Source of the DNA: Tubiluchus corallicola
Taxonomy: Eukaryota; Animalia; Priapulida
Length of the DNA stretch: 10,790 nt
Assembly: GCA_030141605.1 (NCBI GenBank)
Contig: JAQGDQ010001289.1
Coordinates: forward strand, 38,716-49,505
Direction of reading: 5' to 3'
The notes beneath the pieces were generated by a model that saw only the letters and a list, made by a program, of their open reading frames with translations, was not told the origin of the DNA and did not search any database. The number at the start of each line of letters is the position of its first letter. The first letter of the stretch is position 1. Both the position numbers and the translations under genes were made by a program. Shown piece by piece: positions 7,800 through 10,790 of this stretch.

Positions 7800-9156
7800 T
7801 GATAGCTAATTTGAACAAGCGTGAACACGTAAGTCTTAATCTTTTTAAGAATTATTGTATCCTAGTGCTAAATGATCTAATAAAACTGAGTACCGCTGTG
7901 TACATCTACAAAACCAAACATAAACTTCACCCCGCTTTCTTTTTAAACCCATTATCTATTAATGTAAGACATTACTCAACAAGATTTAACGAATTTCGTA
8001 TTAAGTATTGCAGGACTGATGTGGCAAGGCACTTCATCACTAACACAGGCCCTAGACTTTGGAATAACATCAACGAATACGTAAAAAATTCTTTATCTAT
8101 AAATAACTTCAAAAGAAATTTTAAAAGTGAAATCTTTTCTAATTATACAGAATAAATCAATTTGATTAATTACGCTGCCGTCCCTGTCGGAATCCATTGC
8201 GTTGCTGGCTATGTCAATTTCTACATTTCTATAGTTCATGTTACTTCATACAAATACCATCACATCTTTCTCTTTCTTTCTATTCTCTGTTAACCTTTCT
8301 TTCTACTCCTTTACTGCTCTTTTCTACTACACTCAATCCACATTCATTACTTCATACAGATACCATCACATCTTTCTCCTCTCTATTCTCTATTAACCTT
8401 TCTTTCTACTCCTTTACTGCTCTTTTCTACTACACTCAATCCACATTCATTACTTCATTCATTACTTCATACAAATACCATCACATCTTTCTCTTTCTTT
8501 CTATTCTCTGTTAACCTTTCTTTCTACTCCTTTACTGCTCTTTTCTACTACACTCAGTCCACATTCATTACTTCATACAGATACCATCACATCTTTCTCC
8601 TTCTTTCTATTCTCTATTAACCTTTCTTTCTACTCCTTTACTGCTCTTTTCTACTACACTCAATCCACATTCATTACTTCATTCATTACTTCATACAGAT
8701 ACCATCACATCTTTCTTCTTCTTTCTATTCTCTATTAACCTTTCTTTCTACTCCTTTACTGCTCTTTTCTACTACACTCAATCCACATTCATTACTTCAT
8801 ACAGATACCACCACATCTTTCTCCTTCTTTCTATTCTCTATTAACCTTTCTCTTCTACTCCTTTACTGCTCTTTTCTACTACACTCAATCCACATTCATT
8901 ACTTCATACAGATACCATCACATCTTTCTCTTTCTTTCTATTCTCTATTAACCTTTCTCTTCTACTCCTTTACTGCTCTTTTCTACTACACTCAATCCAC
9001 ATTCATTTGGGGTGCTCTAAACAAGTAATTACTTCTTGAGTACCCCACGGGTCATTTGCGGCTTGGCATCTTGTGTACATAATAATAAATATATTATTAA
9101 ATACTTTTTTGTACAATGCTGTAATGAACATTGTGGATATATTTAATAAATAAAAT
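7800..9156 (+). mobile_element. 5'-truncated CR1/L2/Crack-type LINE remnant with a minisatellite-expanded 3' UTR
   Basis: Translation LFKNYCILVLNDLIKL...YIYK...HYSTR...FITNTGPRLWNNI...SINNFKRNFK, stop at 8155. 3' stem-loop GGGGTGCTC...GAGTACCCC (~9009-9047) and AATAAATAAAAT end at ~9145-9156. Boundaries approximate. Confidence 0.8.
8240..9007. repeat. ~103-118-bp pyrimidine-rich tandem repeat, ~7 copies
   Basis: Recurring TTACTTCATACAGATACCATCACATCTTTCT...CTACTCCTTTACTGCTCTTTTCTACTACACTCAATCCACATTCA; very few G on the + strand. Confidence 0.95.
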
Positions 9157-9410
9157 AGTAACACATTCAAACTGCTCCATAACGTACTGTACGTAGTATA
9201 AGACGTTTGCATGCCTTAACACGTCTACAAGTTTATTTATTTTTGTATAGCGCGAAATCAGTATAAACACTTATGCTGTACACAAAAACGCATAAAGTAC
9301 TATTCATACTAAAATGACAATTTAAAACTGTTAAATAATACAGAATTTTACACAAATTTTTTTAGTGAAATTAAAATAAAAATATTGAAAAGACTTGTGC
9401 TGTTATATGA

Positions 9411-9840
9411 TATGTTAAACAAACACGCACTAATAACAAATACGGCAACAATTTTATCACTAAACAAGGAGTTCAACTTTGGAATACCCCGCCATCAAAT
9501 TTAAAACAAATCAAGTCTTTCGACGAATTCAAATCAAAATTAAAAATACATACATTAAATCGTATTGAAAAGCCAACATACGTAAACGATAATATGTCTT
9601 CATCCACAAATTTTATTTACCCACGTCCATCTTAAATTACATGTACATATTGTATATAGTCTATTATAATTTGCGTGTAACATTATAATGTACATTTTGT
9701 TTTAAATTTTTGGCACAGTAGTTTTTAGTTTGCACTGAACGCATTTGCCTTTAACAGTTGTGTGAATTTTATTCTCATGCTGCGATGTTCTTTTATGCTT
9801 TTATAGTTATGAATATCGATTTTTTATGGCAAAAAAAGAT
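9411..9840 (+). mobile_element. Degenerate CR1/L2/Crack-type LINE 3' remnant, not in the ORF track
   Basis: Manual translation of 9411-9635: YVKQTRTNNKYGNNFITKQGVQLWNTPPSNLKQIKSFDEFKSKLK..., the same G-x-x-LWN...F-K-x-x-L-K motif as the other remnants. An in-frame stop lies just upstream; decayed homology may extend back towards ~9160. Confidence 0.7.
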
Positions 9841-9866
9841 TATATATATATATATATATATATATA
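9841..9866. repeat. (TA)n microsatellite
   Basis: Thirteen TA units at the end of the LINE remnant. Confidence 0.95.
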
Positions 9867-9889
9867 GACAAGATAGGCTAAGGCGTGCG

Positions 9890-9965
9890 AGACGAAGTGC
9901 ATGTGTAGCTGTGTTAACCCGTACAAAAGACGAAGTACATGTGTAGCTGTGTTAACCCGTAGAAA
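9890..9965. repeat. 38-bp direct duplication (2 copies)
   Basis: AGACGAAGT.CATGTGTAGCTGTGTTAACCCGTA.AAA at 9890 and 9928. Confidence 0.9.
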
Positions 9966-10436
9966 ACTGCTGAGTCTACAGATTCTGATTTTCACTTCAC
10001 ATTTAAAGCAAAACTGGTCTCAATCTTAAACTGTAAGTCGAAACAATCTACTCTTTAAAATATTGAAAAGAAACATACTATTTTTTCAAAAATGACTTAC
10101 GTGAAAGAATTATTACCACACAAACACAATTTCGTGTTCGCGCCACTAGTTCCTCGCTGCTACATGCATTTCGCCATTCGCTAGTTAGACGAGCATTAGC
10201 GCCTGCATTTCGGAAATGCATTGCACAAAAAACAGGTGCTGTACCTCTCAGTTCAGATGTGTTCGTTCATGACGAACTACACACGTTCGACAGCTCATGC
10301 TTGAGCATACCAGTCAGTTTGAATTTAAAACTTGCCTAGTTTTGCTACAACACACTGACTATCTTACAGTAGCACTGTACTTCAATTTTCGCTTCATAAA
10401 CACGTGCAACATGCTCGTGGAATATTTTTGCTGTTG

Positions 10437-10615
10437 AAAATTATGTTAGTTTGTGATGTCAAGAATAGTTGGGCTTGCTCGATCAAATAATTAAGCTTTT
10501 AATCTATTATTTAATTATCAGAAACGTGTTTGCAGTATTAATCGTGTTAAAATGTATAGTTTTTACCATATATAAAAATCAAGTAGTATATGAAAAATCA
10601 TTGTGCCTTCATTTA
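10437..10615. repeat. Second, diverged copy of the intron 2 dispersed repeat
   Basis: Direct similarity to 1884-2062; the element may extend further left. Confidence 0.6.
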
Positions 10616-10790
10616 TAATTAAAAGATTTTTGTCACTAGAAAATACTGTTGCAAATGACAATATCAGTCGTCAAATGTAAAAAGGAAAAGTTGCTAAAAC
10701 AAAAAGCAAAACAAACAAAAAATAAATGAAAAAACTCCATAATTTTACAAAATAAATTTATTTGCATAAGCCATCACAAATTTTTCATAA

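Noticed and set aside
8197-8514. 105-aa membrane-like ORF
   Set aside because: A by-product of the pyrimidine-rich repeat; low complexity with a non-ATG start.

Overview
Eukaryotic (metazoan, probably invertebrate) genomic DNA. It carries the 5' half of a spliced organic anion transporting polypeptide gene (OATP/SLCO family) on the minus strand. The three coding exons are 6161-5342, 2632-2165 and 1833-1672, all joined by phase-1 GT-AG introns; the rest of the gene lies beyond the left edge. The introns and upstream region are full of repeats: four 3' remnants of non-LTR retrotransposons, a 346-bp solo LTR with a 5-bp target-site duplication nested in an older dispersed repeat, and several minisatellites. 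The most unusual structure is a 63-bp x ~14.5 tandem array built from the exon 3/intron 3 junction itself. It creates 15 identical, in-frame, stop-free GTAAGT splice donors, each adding a 21-aa unit with an N-Y-T sequon. The start codon and its Kozak context are also duplicated in frame. No prokaryotic features and no CRISPR. Transposon family names come from motif recognition by eye, not database searches.
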